Both the position numbers and the translations under genes were made by a program. A DNA stretch of 64,000 nt from an uncultured Acetobacteraceae bacterium (GTDB taxonomy: Bacteria > Pseudomonadota > Alphaproteobacteria > Acetobacterales > Acetobacteraceae), in contig CAXTVW010000004.1 in the NCBI GenBank assembly GCA_964247675.1, positions 8,854 through 72,853 of the forward strand. The letters are read 5' to 3'. Each line of letters opens with the position of its first letter. The first letter of the stretch is position 1. The notes below the pieces were generated by a model. The model did not search any database. It worked only from the letters and a program-made list of their open reading frames with translations, and was not told where the DNA came from. Below are positions 28,657-40,136 of the stretch, in pieces.

Positions 28657-30149
28657 CCGCCAACGCATCCTCGCAGCGCCCATACGGCGCAGCCGAAGCG
28701 GGTCGCAATCGGGTTCCGACCTTCCGCCCACCGGCCCATGGGCTGATTGTTTCAGCTCGGGCCAGGCCACGTCGGCGTTCGGGGTGTGCATTTTCGCATC
28801 CGTTGCTGAACCGTGAATACCTTCGTATCCCACCAATCCCCTCACGTTTCAACAGCTGATTGTGCTAATCGCTCCTTGACAACCCCAGATTGGCTTGCCG
28901 CCCCGAAAAACAGCTCGCGATCGCAAAAACTACGCCGCAGAACCTGTCCTCGGCCAGACACCCGCAGGCGGTCTTCGCCGAGGAGGTTCCTGAAAAGGAG
29001 ACTGCGGCGGCGGTGAAGCTGGACCACCGCGCAGCGGTTCAAACGGGTCCTGCCGCGCTAATATGATGTCTAAGCACCGGCGGCCAGAGATTACGATATC
29101 GCAAAGAAAACAGTATGCGGGGGCGGATTTCTACTGTATCGCCGGATGGGAAAACGCGGAGCCATTACGGTGCGAACGGGAGCTGGACAATGTCGTTGTG
29201 TTGGATAAAGGCCGGAAAGATGAACTGGAGCCAAGCATCCGGACACGCTTGCGCCGCGGACACACAACATGAATTCTATGTAATGTGCACGTCCGAAGGA
29301 GCCTTCCGATACTTCGTATGGCAGAAGCTTTCACCTCGAACGATCGTTGCCTGGGGCGAGAAGCCGACCATCGAGGATGCGATGACGGCAGCCGAGACTA
29401 ACCGCGTCGGTGATGACGGCTACTAGACCAAGCGCAGACGAGTGCCTGAGGTGCATGGTCCGGCCGTGGATCACGCCAGGCGCAAAAGACGGATCCAGCC
29501 AATGGTCCCGTTGCCCGCAGGTGCTTTTCTCGGTGGTAGCTCCGCAAGCAGCAGGTGGTGCGCGGATATAGGCCCGGGAAAGCGTCCGCGTTCTCGGTTG
29601 ACGGCTTCTCAGCAGCAGGACAGGCTTCTGCCGCTCGGTCGTATGTGCCCGGCAGGGCATAGGACAACGGTCACGTGCTCCGAAGCGGCGGGCTCAAGCC
29701 TCTCACCCTGCCGTTATGATCAGACGGACGTGATGGCTGCCTTGCGCCCGAATGAGCGTCAGACGACCGCCACTGGCGGAACCGCCGCTGGACTGGCAAA
29801 CTCGTTACGTCGGGTTGCGGGTGACCGGGGCATTCCGGCGTTGTCATACGTATTCCTGTGCGCAAGCTTTTGCCCCTTTTCATCAGCGAAGGCGGTCCAA
29901 AAGATTGTTCCCGTCCGTCTCCGCAGCCCTCTCTCGCGCACCGGACGGCTCGGCAGGCGTCACCCGCCTTGACGCGTCGAGTCCGCTAAGGAGGAAGAAC
30001 AGCCCCATGCTGAAGGCCCTTGTGTTCACAATCCGTGACGTTAGGGTTTTGTCCCGAACAAGGCTGTTTTCAGGATGTCCGCTCGCATGGGCTGTCATAA
30101 GCGTCCAGGTGCGGCTCCTCGACTTGGACAAAGCCCGTTCAGAGACATA

Positions 30150-30271
30150 ACAGGTGTGCCAGTGATATCGCGCCTCCAGTTCACATGCCCGGATCAGTCG
30201 ACGGACCGTATGGGTGGTGACGGTCCAGCGTTCGCGATGTCCTTGACCGTGAGGAAAGTGCGTTCATCCAT
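30150..30271 (-). pseudogene. Excisionase/AlpA-like HTH remnant (frameshifted)
   Basis: MDERTFLTVKDIA.. then, in another frame, RWTVTTHTVRRLIRACELEA. This resembles the excisionase-type HTH pattern LTVKEVAE.LGVS..TVRRLI..GEL. Confidence 0.35.
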
Positions 30272-30723
30272 GAAATCGGGTTTACGAACAGGCGGTGGCA
30301 TCACGCTGCCGGACCGGAGAGCGCGTCAGACACGGAACAGAACCGACCGGACTGACGCCCGCTGCCGCTCGTGTTCGGCCGACGGTCCCGCGGACGTACT
30401 ATGAGGCTTGCCAGCAAGCGCGTGCGCCGGACACTTATCCCCAGTTGCACATGGTCGCAGAATTACGGGGATATCAGGCGCCCGGGAGAAAAGACCCGTC
30501 CTTTTGACTGGTTTCCGTTCTGGATCTGTGTGATTACGCATCATGCAATCCACCGATGGCAGGCCTCTCGAGTCGGAAATATACGAAGCCATCGCGATGG
30601 CTCGTGCACAGGGTAGGTTTGAGGTCGCCCTCGCGCTGGCCATGACCCTGGAAGCGTTGACACGCCGACGGCCCTCGGTGAGCCTGCGCAGCTACTGGCC
30701 GATGGAATGTTCGGCAGGCCTCG

Positions 30724-31143
30724 TCACAGCACCACTCCATCGCCCTGGAGCCAGTTAGCGCTCTCCGGATGCCGGTCGGTGAACAGGAGCGCGATGGCAT
30801 CCTCCAACATGTCGCAAGTATAGGGTTTGGGTAAAAACCGGCTCCGTGCCGGGATTTCTCCGGCTAGCGGCCGGATATGCCCTGAAGCAATCAAGACTCT
30901 CATCGCTGGCCATGTCACCGAGACGAGTTCGGCAAGTTGCATGCCGTCGATTCGACCCGGCATCCGGACATCCGTGAAGAGGAGATCGATCTTGTGAGAG
31001 CTCTCCCGGAGCATCTCCAAAGCCTGTGCAGCATCCGCGACCTGGAGCACCGTGAATCCGCTCTCAACGAGAAATTCGGCCACAATCTCCCGTATCGGGT
31101 GGTCATCCTCGGCCAACAAGACTACCTTGGGTTGTGTCTCCAT
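30724..31143 (-). CDS. Single-domain response regulator (CheY-like receiver)
   Basis: VLLAEDD..., DLLFTDVRMPGRIDGMQLA, LPKPY. Confidence 0.9.
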   Translation of the reverse strand: METQPKVVLLAEDDHPIREIVAEFLVESGFTVLQVADAAQALEMLRESSHKIDLLFTDVRMPGRIDGMQLAELVSVTWPAMRVLIASGHIRPLAGEIPARSRFLPKPYTCDMLEDAIALLFTDRHPESANWLQGDGVVL

Positions 31144-31615
31144 GGCCTGCGATTAAACCGTTTCTTACGAAAACCCAACGTATTCGTCATCACGATCGCG
31201 TGAAAGAAGGCTTGGCGGTTGAAGACATGCCTTTGTTTGGTAACGGGGCGTGCGCGAGCAACGCGTAACGACGGCAGTGTCCATCGACGGCGTTCTCGTC
31301 GGACTTCCATTATCGTGACTGCCTGTCACCCCTGCTTCAGCGTGCAGGTCTCCCCGATGTCCACCAAAGGTGTTTGGCGGACCGCATCGGACGCGGGAGA
31401 CGACCGACGGCCGCCCTTTCGAGCGTCATTGAAAGCGGGACAGCCAGCGTCGTCGTTCTGCGTTGAAACCGCAGCTTTCCAGTATGCGACGTCTGTGAGC
31501 GGCCGAGACTCGCCCAAACGCGTCCGTTGGTTGAATGACCTGAGCGGCGGGTAATCCGACGCCCTCGATGTAGCGTCCCGAGATGAAGCCACCGAACCTG
31601 CTTCCGGCAAGTGGC

Positions 31616-34600
31616 TTACCTGAAATCCCGCGTCGCTACCTTGATGCCTGACCCGAGTCGCAGGTCCGGGACATAGATGTCGCGCGGCACCGGCATCTCC
31701 GGCACGGAGCCGGGTCCGGTGCGCGGGTCCCGTCCCGCCGGATGCGTCGCGCCGTCGCCGCGCCCGTGCACGATTGGGAACGCCTCGTCCCGCTCCCCGA
31801 CAGATCGCAGCAGGTCGGACACATCCTCCAGGACGTCGGTGACGACGTGAATGACCTCGCCCTCGCGCTGCACCCGCCCGTGGCAGGCTATCATGCCCGC
31901 CGAGAGCACCAGCCGCCGCTGCTTCTCGAACCGGTCGGCCCACAGGACCAGGTTGGCCACGCCGGTCTCGTCCTCGATGGTGATGAACATCACGCCTTTG
32001 GCCGAACCCGGCTTCTGCCGCACCAGCACGATGCCGGGCACAACCACCTTGCGGCCGTCCCGCGCGTGCAGCAGGTCGGCGCACGTCACCATGCCTCGCG
32101 CCTGCAGCGTGTGCCGCAGGAACGCGACAGGGTGCCGCCCCAGGGTGAGGCCGACGCTGCGGTAGTCTTCGACCACCTCGCGCCCTTCCTTCATCGGCAT
32201 CAAGGGCACGTGCGGCTCGATCGCCTCGGGCTGCGGCGGCCCGTTGCCGTCGGCGGCGGCGAACAGCGGCAGCACTTTGTCGGCCAGCCCTCGCACGGCC
32301 CACAACGCCTGCCGCCGGTCCACCCCGATGCCGCGGAAGGCGTCCGCCTCGGCCAGCCGCTCCAGCATGGCAGGCGGAATACCGGCACGGCGCCAGACCT
32401 CCTCGACCGTGCCGTAGGGCGTCTCGCCACGCCTGTTCACCAGTTGCGCGCCGGGTTCGTTGCCAAGTCCCTTCGCCATACGCAGGCCGAGCCGGACCGC
32501 CTTGCCCGGCCCGCCGTCGTCCCGTCGCTCCAGGGTGCAGTCCCAGCGACTAGCGTTCACGCACACCGGGCGCACCAGCACCCGGTGCTCGCGCGCGTCC
32601 CGCACGATCTGCGCCGGGGCGTAGAAGCCCATCGGCTGGGCATTCAGCAACGCGGCGCAGAACACGTCCGGATGGTGGCACTTCATCCAGGCGCTAGCGT
32701 AGGCCACCAGCGCGAAGCTGGCGGCGTGGCTCTCCGGGAAGCCGTAGGAGCCGAAGCCCTCCAGCTGGCTGAACGTGCGCTCGGCGAATTCCCGCTCGTA
32801 ACCCTTCTCCACCATGCCGCCGATCAGCTTGTCCTTGAAGTGCGACACACCGCCGGTGAACTTGAAAGTCGCCATGCTCCGGCGCAGCTGGTCCGCCTCG
32901 CCCGGCGTGAACCCCGCGCACTGGATGGCCACCTGCATCGCCTGCTCCTGGAACAGCGGCACGCCCAGCGTCTTGCCCAGCACCCGCTCCAGCTCCGGCT
33001 TGGGGTAGTGAACCGGCTCCAGGCCTTCGCGGCGGCGGAGATAGGGGTGCACCATGTCGCCCTGGATCGGGCCGGGGCGCACGATCGCCACCTGCACCAC
33101 AAGGTCATAGAACGTGGTGGGCTTGAGCCGCGGCAGCATGGCCATCTGCGCCCGGCTCTCGATCTGGAACGTGCCCAGCGTGTCCGCGCGGCGGATCATC
33201 GCGTACGTCTTCGGGTCCTCGGGCGGGATGGTGGCGATGTCCATGGCGACGCCGCGGTGCGCCTCCAGCAGCTCGAAGGCGCGGCGCATGCAGCCCAGCA
33301 TCCCCAGGCCGAGCACGTCGACCTTCATGAACTTCAGCGCGTCGATGTCGTCCTTGTCCCACTCGATGACCTGCCGCCCGGCCATCGCGGCGGGCTCGAC
33401 CGGCACCAGCTCGTCCAGCCGGTCGCGCGTCAGAACGAAGCCGCCCGGGTGGGTGCCGAGCTGGCGCGGGAAGCCGATGAGTTCGCGGGCGAGATCGATG
33501 GCCAGGCGAAGGCGGCGGTCATCGAGGTTGAGGTTCAGCTCCTTCGCGTGCTCGCTCTCCACGCCGTCCTTGGACCAGCCCCAGACCTGGGAGGCCAGCG
33601 CGCCGGTGACGTCTTCGGTCAGGCCGAGCACCTTGCCGACGTCACGGATGGCGCCGCGCGGGCCGAAGCACATCACCGTGGCGCACAGGGCGGCACGGTC
33701 GCGGCCATAGCGCTCGAACACCCATTGGATCACCTCCTCGCGCCGCTCGCTCTCGAAATCGACGTCGATGTCCGGCGGTTCTTTGCGCTCCTGGCTTATG
33801 AAGCGCTCGAACAGCAGGCCGGAGCGCACGGGGTCGATGGCGGTGACGCCCAGCACGTAGCAAACGGCGGAGTTGGCGGCCGAGCCGCGGCCTTGGCACA
33901 GGATGCCCTTGCTCCGCGCATAGCGAACGATGCTGTTCACCGTCAGGAAGTAGGGCGCGTAGCCGAGCGAGCCGATCAGCCGCAGCTCATGCACCAGCTG
34001 GGCCTGCACCCCCAGCGGCGCGCCGTCGGGGTAGCGTAGCGGCAGGCTCTCCTGCACGAGGCGCTCCAGGCCCTGCTGCGGGGTCTCGTCGTCCCGCTGC
34101 AGCTCGTCCGGGTATTGGTAGCTGAGCTCGGCCAGGCTGAACATGCAGCGCGCGGCGATCTCGGACGAGCGGGCGACCGCTTCCGGGTAGGCGCCGAACA
34201 GGCGGCCCATCTCCTCGGGCGATTTCAGGTGGCGGTCGGCGAAGCGCTCGCGGCGGTAGCCCGCGTCGTCGATGGTGCAGCCCTCGCGTATGCAGGTGAC
34301 GACGTCCTGCAGGATGCGGCGCTGCGGAGCGTGGTAGAGCACGTCGCCGGTGACCACGGTCGGCACCCGGGCGCGCTGCGCCATGTCGGACAGCTCGCGC
34401 AGGCGCAGCGTATCGCCAGGCCGCCTGCGCAGGCCTAGCGCCAGATGGCATCGGCCTGGGAACGCAGCCCGCATTCGGCGCAGCTCGGCCTCCAAGTTAT
34501 CGTCCGGCATGTCGGGCAGCAGCACCACCACCAGACCTTCGCCCGCGGCGGCCAACTCCTTCCACGCCAGCTCGAAGGTGCCTTTCTCCCCGCGGCTCTT

Positions 34601-34888
34601 GGCCAGGGTGAGCACGCGGCAGAGACGCGCGTAGGCCGGGCGGTCCGTTGGATAGGCGAGCACCGGTAGACCGTCGGTCAGCTCCAGCCTGCAGCCGACC
34701 ACCAGCCGGAGGCCGACCTCGCTGGCCCTGGCGTGGGCGCGCGCGATCCCGGCCAGCGTATTGTGGTCGGTGACGGCCAGGGCCTCGTAGCCGAGCGCCT
34801 TGGCCTGCAGCATCAACTCCTCGATCCGGCTGGCGCCGCGCAGGAAGGAGTAGTTCGAGCAGACCTGCAGCTCGGTGTAGGCGGCCAT
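31616..34888 (-). CDS. dnaE2: Error-prone DNA polymerase III alpha subunit DnaE2 (1090 aa)
   Basis: [25 protein letters not shown]...[17 protein letters not shown] is a PHP N-terminus, with full-length Pol IIIalpha-like sequence after it. I chose start 34888 from the homologous N-terminus and the ATGA overlap with the upstream ORF. Confidence 0.95.
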   Translation of the reverse strand: MAAYTELQVCSNYSFLRGASRIEELMLQAKALGYEALAVTDHNTLAGIARAHARASEVGLRLVVGCRLELTDGLPVLAYPTDRPAYARLCRVLTLAKSRGEKGTFELAWKELAAAGEGLVVVLLPDMPDDNLEAELRRMRAAFPGRCHLALGLRRRPGDTLRLRELSDMAQRARVPTVVTGDVLYHAPQRRILQDVVTCIREGCTIDDAGYRRERFADRHLKSPEEMGRLFGAYPEAVARSSEIAARCMFSLAELSYQYPDELQRDDETPQQGLERLVQESLPLRYPDGAPLGVQAQLVHELRLIGSLGYAPYFLTVNSIVRYARSKGILCQGRGSAANSAVCYVLGVTAIDPVRSGLLFERFISQERKEPPDIDVDFESERREEVIQWVFERYGRDRAALCATVMCFGPRGAIRDVGKVLGLTEDVTGALASQVWGWSKDGVESEHAKELNLNLDDRRLRLAIDLARELIGFPRQLGTHPGGFVLTRDRLDELVPVEPAAMAGRQVIEWDKDDIDALKFMKVDVLGLGMLGCMRRAFELLEAHRGVAMDIATIPPEDPKTYAMIRRADTLGTFQIESRAQMAMLPRLKPTTFYDLVVQVAIVRPGPIQGDMVHPYLRRREGLEPVHYPKPELERVLGKTLGVPLFQEQAMQVAIQCAGFTPGEADQLRRSMATFKFTGGVSHFKDKLIGGMVEKGYEREFAERTFSQLEGFGSYGFPESHAASFALVAYASAWMKCHHPDVFCAALLNAQPMGFYAPAQIVRDAREHRVLVRPVCVNASRWDCTLERRDDGGPGKAVRLGLRMAKGLGNEPGAQLVNRRGETPYGTVEEVWRRAGIPPAMLERLAEADAFRGIGVDRRQALWAVRGLADKVLPLFAAADGNGPPQPEAIEPHVPLMPMKEGREVVEDYRSVGLTLGRHPVAFLRHTLQARGMVTCADLLHARDGRKVVVPGIVLVRQKPGSAKGVMFITIEDETGVANLVLWADRFEKQRRLVLSAGMIACHGRVQREGEVIHVVTDVLEDVSDLLRSVGERDEAFPIVHGRGDGATHPAGRDPRTGPGSVPEMPVPRDIYVPDLRLGSGIKVATRDFR

Positions 34889-35127
34889 CAGCCCGCGTTC
34901 GGGTGGCCGTGCCCGCTGGTGCTTGGCGCCGCCCGGTCGGGCTTCTTCATCAGCACGAAGCCGGAGCGCTCCAGGTGCTCGACCAGGCGTTCCGCCGTGA
35001 TGCGGGCCATGGCATCGTCGGCGTGGTGGACGCGCTTGCGCCCGGCGAAACGCAGGGCAAAGGAGAGGCTCTCCTGGATTTCCTGGGCGCTGGCGGGACG
35101 CAGGCCCAGCTTGTCGTCGGCGATCAT
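34888..35127 (-). CDS. Small hypothetical protein (79 aa), translationally coupled to dnaE2
   Basis: ATG 35127 is preceded by GGGGAGGG. Its stop overlaps the dnaE2 ATG (ATGA). It occupies the position where imuB normally sits. Confidence 0.6.
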   Translation of the reverse strand: MIADDKLGLRPASAQEIQESLSFALRFAGRKRVHHADDAMARITAERLVEHLERSGFVLMKKPDRAAPSTSGHGHPNAG

Positions 35128-35170
35128 TTTCCACTACCCTCCCCAGGATGAGGGCGGGAAGAAAGCACGG

Positions 35171-35185
35171 GAACATAGGGAGAAC
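35171..35185. promoter_or_regulatory. Alphaproteobacterial-type LexA (SOS) box GAAC-N7-GAAC
   Basis: GAACATAGGGAGAAC, 44-58 nt upstream of the 79-aa ORF start. It sits in the 85-bp divergent intergenic region. Confidence 0.6.
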
Positions 35186-35212
35186 AAGCCTCATCATAGC
35201 CGGGGGAGGCCG

Positions 35213-35956
35213 ATGACGTTCCTGATCTACGGTGCGACCGGCTACACGGGCCGCCTGTGCGCCGAGCACGCCGTGGAGCGCGAGTTGCGTCCCGTGCTGG
35301 CGAGCCGGAGCCCGGACAAGCTGCGCCCGTTCGCCGAGGGTCTGGGACTGGAGTGGCGGCCCTTCGCGCTGGCGCCACGCCCCGCCGAGCTACGGGGCGT
35401 CGAGGCCGTGCTGCACGCGGCCGGTCCGTTCTCGGCCACGGCGGCGTCGATGGCTTCGGCCTGCATCGAGGCGGGCGACCATTACTGCGACATCACCGGC
35501 GAGATAGACGTCTTCAAGGCGCTTGCAGCGTTGAGCGGCCGCGCGCGCGATGCCGGATTGATGCTGCTGCCCGGCGCGGGGTTCGACGTGGTGCCCAGCG
35601 ACTGCCTGGCGCCGTCCGCCTCACCCCTGTCAATCGGCAGCCTCGCGAAAGCAAGCCGCGGCACGATGAAGACGATGCTCGAGGGTGTCGGTATGGGTGT
35701 GCGGGTCCGACGCGGCGACGCCGTTGTTCAGGGCGCGACCACGGCGGCCGTCGCCCGCCGGATCGCTCAGTGCCGGGTCGCTTGTGCCGCCTCCATGACA
35801 AGCAGTTCTCCGCATGGCAGGTTCGCCGAGCCTTTCTCCACGCTAATGCGAAGTACGTTGCCGACGCGGAGGGGAAGCAGGCGCAGCTGCCACACGCAGA
35901 AAGCATCTCGTGCCAGTGCTTCGCTCACGACCGGGTTCGGCTTGACGTCCATGTAG
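35213..35956 (+). pseudogene. Saccharopine-dehydrogenase-like NAD(P)-binding protein, internally deleted and C-terminally truncated
   Basis: [21 protein letters not shown]...HYCDITGEIDVF...LLPGAGFDVVPSDCLA is typical of the family. The following segment is shortened, and homology is lost after about 35750. Confidence 0.55.
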
Positions 35957-36242
35957 CCGGTTTTCTGCGCCGGAAGGTCCAGCCGCAAACGCAGTCCGCC
36001 CGGGTCGAAGTCGCCCTGCCAGGTGAGGCGCGCGAGCACCCACAGCTGCGTCACGGGCTGCCCCGGTTGCGTGAGGATTATGTTCCCGGGTAGCACCCGA
36101 TGATGCAGACTTTGCCGTTCGCCTCCAGGTGGACGTCGTCGTAGAAGGTGGCGCTTGCCAGAACCGGCAGGGCTGCGGTGGCGACAATCGGCGCCTCCGG
36201 GTGAACACGCTGCGTGTTCACGGCTTTTGGCCTGGCGGGCAT
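35767..36242 (-). pseudogene. Hypothetical gene split by a 1-nt frameshift near 36090
   Basis: MPARPKAV...YDDVHLEANGKVCIIGCYPGT* continues naturally in another frame as LPGNIILTQPGQPVTQLWVLARLTW.... The gene starts 20 nt downstream of the kinase gene. Confidence 0.45.
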
Positions 36243-36261
36243 CGTATTTCCTTTCTGGCGG

Positions 36262-36972
36262 TCAGGGAACAAGTCGTGCCGGGACGGCGACGCGTCCCGC
36301 GACCGGAACTCGAACGGCAACAATTGTCGATCGATGTTCCCGGCGAAACGTCCAGCTCCCGCCCGAGGGCCGCAGCAGCGCATCCACAATGGACAGGCCC
36401 TGTCCGTTCGGCGATTTGCTGCCCGTTCCCCAGCCGTCGTCGCTCACGGTCAGCGTGAGCTGCTCGCCGTCTCTCGCAACCTCGATGCGTATGTCGCCAA
36501 GGAGGCGCAGGTGCATGCCGTGCTTGATGGCGTTTCCGACAAGCTCGTGGGCGACCCGTACCAGCAGGTCGCAGAGTTCCGGGGAGGCATCGCAGCGGAC
36601 ATGGACGGCGACTGAGATCGTCGCCGCATCGTCGCCCAGGAGTTTGACCAGGCAATCCGACAGTCCGGTCAAACGGTCTTGCAGACTTCCTGGGCTGTCC
36701 ACGAAGCCGAACAGCACGTCGGACAACCTCGCGGCAGTCAGGATCCGTTGCTGCAGGCCGTCGCTCAACGCCCGGCCGTCAGACGAACGTCGCAGGTCGG
36801 CATCCTGCGCGATCATCGAGAGTATACGTTGGAGGGCGTTCCTGCTCAGGTGTCGGAGCTGGCGGAAATCGAGGGCTTCCGCGGCCTCCTGGTCAGCAAC
36901 GACCCCATGCCGGGGCAGCGCTACGCCGGGGATCTTGCCGGGCAGGATATCGCAGGTGGCGTGGACGGACAT
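36262..36972 (-). CDS. Soluble sensor histidine kinase (HisKA_2/HWE-like core)
   Basis: H-box-like LRHLSRNALQRILSMI. N-box ELVGNAIKHG. DDGWG and GQGLSIV. Confidence 0.8.
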   Translation of the reverse strand: MSVHATCDILPGKIPGVALPRHGVVADQEAAEALDFRQLRHLSRNALQRILSMIAQDADLRRSSDGRALSDGLQQRILTAARLSDVLFGFVDSPGSLQDRLTGLSDCLVKLLGDDAATISVAVHVRCDASPELCDLLVRVAHELVGNAIKHGMHLRLLGDIRIEVARDGEQLTLTVSDDGWGTGSKSPNGQGLSIVDALLRPSGGSWTFRREHRSTIVAVRVPVAGRVAVPARLVP

Positions 36973-37211
36973 GGTCTTCCTCGCTCGGGATTGCGGGCGG
37001 CAGGCATTTGCCTCCCCGTCAGCCTCTAGCCGGAGATGATGGAGCGAGTATGGGCCAATTGTGGAGACAAACGGCAGGTGCCAGGGACCGGCGCCCGGAC
37101 GGTGCCGCCTGCCGTTTTCCTCCACATTTCACCCATATTAGCTTGCGATTCGGTTGCTAGGTTCCGTGTGTCGGCAAGGAGTTTTCCGGAGCCGCACGAG
37201 GAGGATAGAAG

Positions 37212-37697
37212 ATGAGGTTCTTTGTTCTGGGATTGCGCGAGGCTGCTGTCGTTTGTGCGGCCGCATCGCTGATGACGGTCTCCGCTGGCTTGTCCGCCGC
37301 GGCCCAGGAACCGCCGCCGCCCGGCGTGCCGGGGCCTGGACCGCAGGAGATGATGCACGGCCGTCCTGGCGATGGGCACGGACCGGAAGGCATGCATGGC
37401 GGCAGTCCGCTGTCGGAGCTGGCCCATGCCGAAGCCGACCAGGTCGCCTCGCAGGCCGTGGCAGGCCTTGCCAGGGCGCAGCTTGCGGATGTGCAGCGGA
37501 CCGTCCGTACGTTCGGTGTGCCGACGGCGCTGCGTTACTATGACGTGGCGCCTAAAGCCTTTCACGACGCCGTGGTCCCTGGCCTGGTGGCATTGGTCCG
37601 GTCCGCCGAACAGCAGCAGCAAGTCTCCTCCGCCGACGCCGACCGCATCGTGGACCGCCTCGAGCACGACGGTCCGCACGCGCCGCCGCCGAAGTAG
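37212..37697 (+). CDS. Periplasmic hypothetical protein upstream of the two-component system
   Basis: RBS GAGGAGGA. Signal peptide ...AAASLMTVSAGLSAAAQ. Pro/Gly-rich region. Confidence 0.65.
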   Translation: MRFFVLGLREAAVVCAAASLMTVSAGLSAAAQEPPPPGVPGPGPQEMMHGRPGDGHGPEGMHGGSPLSELAHAEADQVASQAVAGLARAQLADVQRTVRTFGVPTALRYYDVAPKAFHDAVVPGLVALVRSAEQQQQVSSADADRIVDRLEHDGPHAPPPK

Positions 37698-37709
37698 CCG
37701 GTCCGTCCG

Positions 37710-39182
37710 GTGAAGTGGTCCCTCACGACGAAGCTTGTCGCCGCACTGTTCGGCATGTCGGCCGTCATGGTGGTGCTTGTCCTGGCCTGGACAGGGTGGG
37801 CGCTGGAAGACCGCTTCTCGGCTTATCTGGGAACTGCCACCCTCTCCCGCATGGACCGGACCGTCGAGGTTCTGGAACAGTCTTTCCGGAGCAAGGGCGA
37901 CTGGTCGGGCGTAACTGCTCATCCTGAAGTCTGGGAGGCGGCGCTACGGGAATCCGAACCGGCAAGACCTTCCTGGCCCTTTCGCCCGCCCCCGGGCGGG
38001 GGTCCGGGCGGGTGGCCGCCTAGCCCTCCGCCGGACGACTTCCAGCCAGGGCTGCCCGCGGGCCCGCCGCCCGGCTTCGGGCACCGTCCTCCGCACGGCG
38101 AGTTCCGGCTCGTCGATGCGGCAGGCAGGTTGGTGGCGGGTCTTGCCGGGGATATGCCGGTCGCGGCGCGGCGGACGTTGTTCGTGCAAGGTGCCCGGGT
38201 TGGCACCCTGCTGTTCACGCCAGGCCACCTCCCCGGCGACATCGAGTCTGCGTTCCTGTCGGAAGGCACCCGCGACCTCTACTTCGCAGGATCGGCGGCG
38301 CTCGTCCTCTCAGGGCTTTGGGCCGTGCTGCTCGCGCGCTACATCCTGGCGCCGGTGAGCCTCGTGGCGGCCGGTGCCAGGCAACTGGCGGGCGGCGATC
38401 TTTCCACCCGCGTCTTTACCGAACGCCGCGACGAGCTGGGCGACCTTGTCGACGACTTCAACAGGCTTGCCGTGGCTCTCGAGGCCGCCGAACAGGCGCG
38501 CAGGTTGTGGGTGGCGGACACCTCACACGAGTTGCGGACGCCGCTCGCCGTCTTGCGGGCGCAGATCGAAGCGCTGCAGGACGGCGTGCATGAGCCCAGC
38601 CCGCAGTCGCTTGGCCGGTTGCACGATGAAGTACTGCGTATGACAAGGCTCGTCGATGACCTGCACGAGCTGGCGCGGGCCGACAGCCACGCGCTCGGCC
38701 TTCGGCTGGAGCCGGTCAGGCCGGGGGAGATCATGGCGGAAGTGCTGTCCAGGTTCGCGCCGCGGCGGGAAGCCAGCGGACTGCACCTGGACGCCCTGAT
38801 GCTGGGCCGGTCGGGCGCGGTCGCGGTGGCCGATCCGGACCGCCTGCGCCAGGTCTTCACCAACCTGCTGGAGAACGCCATATGCTACACCGACCCCGGC
38901 GGGATGATCACCGTTTCGGAAACCCGGACGGAGGAGGCAATTCTGCTCAAGGTCGAGGACACGGCGCCCGGGGTGCCCGCGGGCAAGCTTCCCCGCCTGT
39001 TCGAACGCTTCTTCCGGGTGGACGGCTCGCGTAGCAGGCAGACCGGCGGTTCCGGCCTCGGCCTCGCCATTTGCAAGGCGATCGTCGAGGCGCATGCGGG
39101 CACGATATCGGCCGAGCCCTCGCCGCTCGGCGGACTGGCGGTGACTGTGGCATTGCCGGTTCAGGCCGTGTCCGCCCCGTGA
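37710..39182 (+). CDS. Membrane sensor histidine kinase (HAMP-HisKA-HATPase, BaeS/CpxA-like)
   Basis: WVADTSHELRTPLAVLRAQIEAL, NLLENAICYT, GGSGLGLAICKAIVEAHAG. Two TM segments. Confidence 0.92.
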   Translation: MKWSLTTKLVAALFGMSAVMVVLVLAWTGWALEDRFSAYLGTATLSRMDRTVEVLEQSFRSKGDWSGVTAHPEVWEAALRESEPARPSWPFRPPPGGGPGGWPPSPPPDDFQPGLPAGPPPGFGHRPPHGEFRLVDAAGRLVAGLAGDMPVAARRTLFVQGARVGTLLFTPGHLPGDIESAFLSEGTRDLYFAGSAALVLSGLWAVLLARYILAPVSLVAAGARQLAGGDLSTRVFTERRDELGDLVDDFNRLAVALEAAEQARRLWVADTSHELRTPLAVLRAQIEALQDGVHEPSPQSLGRLHDEVLRMTRLVDDLHELARADSHALGLRLEPVRPGEIMAEVLSRFAPRREASGLHLDALMLGRSGAVAVADPDRLRQVFTNLLENAICYTDPGGMITVSETRTEEAILLKVEDTAPGVPAGKLPRLFERFFRVDGSRSRQTGGSGLGLAICKAIVEAHAGTISAEPSPLGGLAVTVALPVQAVSAP

Positions 39183-39850
39183 CCCTCGTCGCCATCGTCG
39201 AGGACGAGGCGTCCATCGCCGACATCCTCGACGCCTATCTCCAGCGCGAGGGCTACGATATCCGCTGCCTGCGCACCGGCGAGGAAGCCGAGGCGTGGCT
39301 GGCCGCATCGAGCCCCGACCTGATCCTGCTGGACCTCATGCTGCCGGGTCTGGACGGCCTCTCGCTCTGCCGCAAGATCAGGGCGCGTTCCGACGTCCCG
39401 ATCGTGATGGTGACCGCGCGGGTCGAGGAAATCGACCGGCTGCTCGGGCTGGAGCTCGGGGCGGACGATTACGTCTGCAAGCCGTTCAGCCCGCGGGAGG
39501 TGGTGGCCCGCGTCAAAGCGGTCCTCCGGCGTGCCGCCGCGGCTGCACCCGCAGGCACAGTCTTCGAGATCGACGAGGCCACGATGGTCGCGCGCCTTCA
39601 CGGCGTCCGCCTGGACCTGACACCCACCGAATTCCGCCTGCTGCGCGCCCTGACCCGTCGTCCCGGGCGGGTGCTGTCGCGTAGCGAGCTCCTTGACGCG
39701 GTGTCTGACCGCGACCGCGACGTCTTCGACCGCAGCGTGGACAGTCACGTGAAGAATCTCCGCCGGAAGCTTACCGCGTCCTGCGGCGGGAAGGACGTCA
39801 TCCATTCGATCTACGGCGTGGGATACCGGCTTGAAGCGCCGGACGGGTGA
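39179..39850 (+). CDS. OmpR-family response regulator
   Basis: The GTG overlaps the kinase stop. IVEDEASIADIL, DLILLDLMLPGLDG, KPFSPREVVARV, and a winged-helix tail IHSIYGVGYRLE. Confidence 0.92.
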   Translation: MTLVAIVEDEASIADILDAYLQREGYDIRCLRTGEEAEAWLAASSPDLILLDLMLPGLDGLSLCRKIRARSDVPIVMVTARVEEIDRLLGLELGADDYVCKPFSPREVVARVKAVLRRAAAAAPAGTVFEIDEATMVARLHGVRLDLTPTEFRLLRALTRRPGRVLSRSELLDAVSDRDRDVFDRSVDSHVKNLRRKLTASCGGKDVIHSIYGVGYRLEAPDG

Positions 39851-40136
39851 AATGCCGGACACCGTCGTCGGCATGTCTCGTCCTTGCTGACGACGCCCGA
39901 ACTCAACCACCTGGCCGCGCGCACGACCGCGCAAGTCGCGCGGCAGGGCGGCTGACGGCGCTGTGTCAGGAGCTACCAGACGCCCAACCATCGCCTTCGG
40001 CGCGAAGTTCATCCCCGCTTCGATGGCGTGGCGCGGCCGGATTTTGGGGCCGCCGACGGCAGACCGTAAGGACGTCCGACCGGGCGGCTCCGTGCGAACG
40101 CTTAGTCACATGAGGGTCACGATCCGTCACGTGACT

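Noticed and set aside
34889-35269. The N-terminal 127-codon extension of the dnaE2 ORF given in the track (start 35269).
   Set aside because: The extension is low-complexity and Arg/Pro-rich, and it runs across the SOS box and the divergent promoter. DnaE2 homology begins at MAAYTELQV (ATG 34888), which overlaps the stop of a separate 79-aa ORF.
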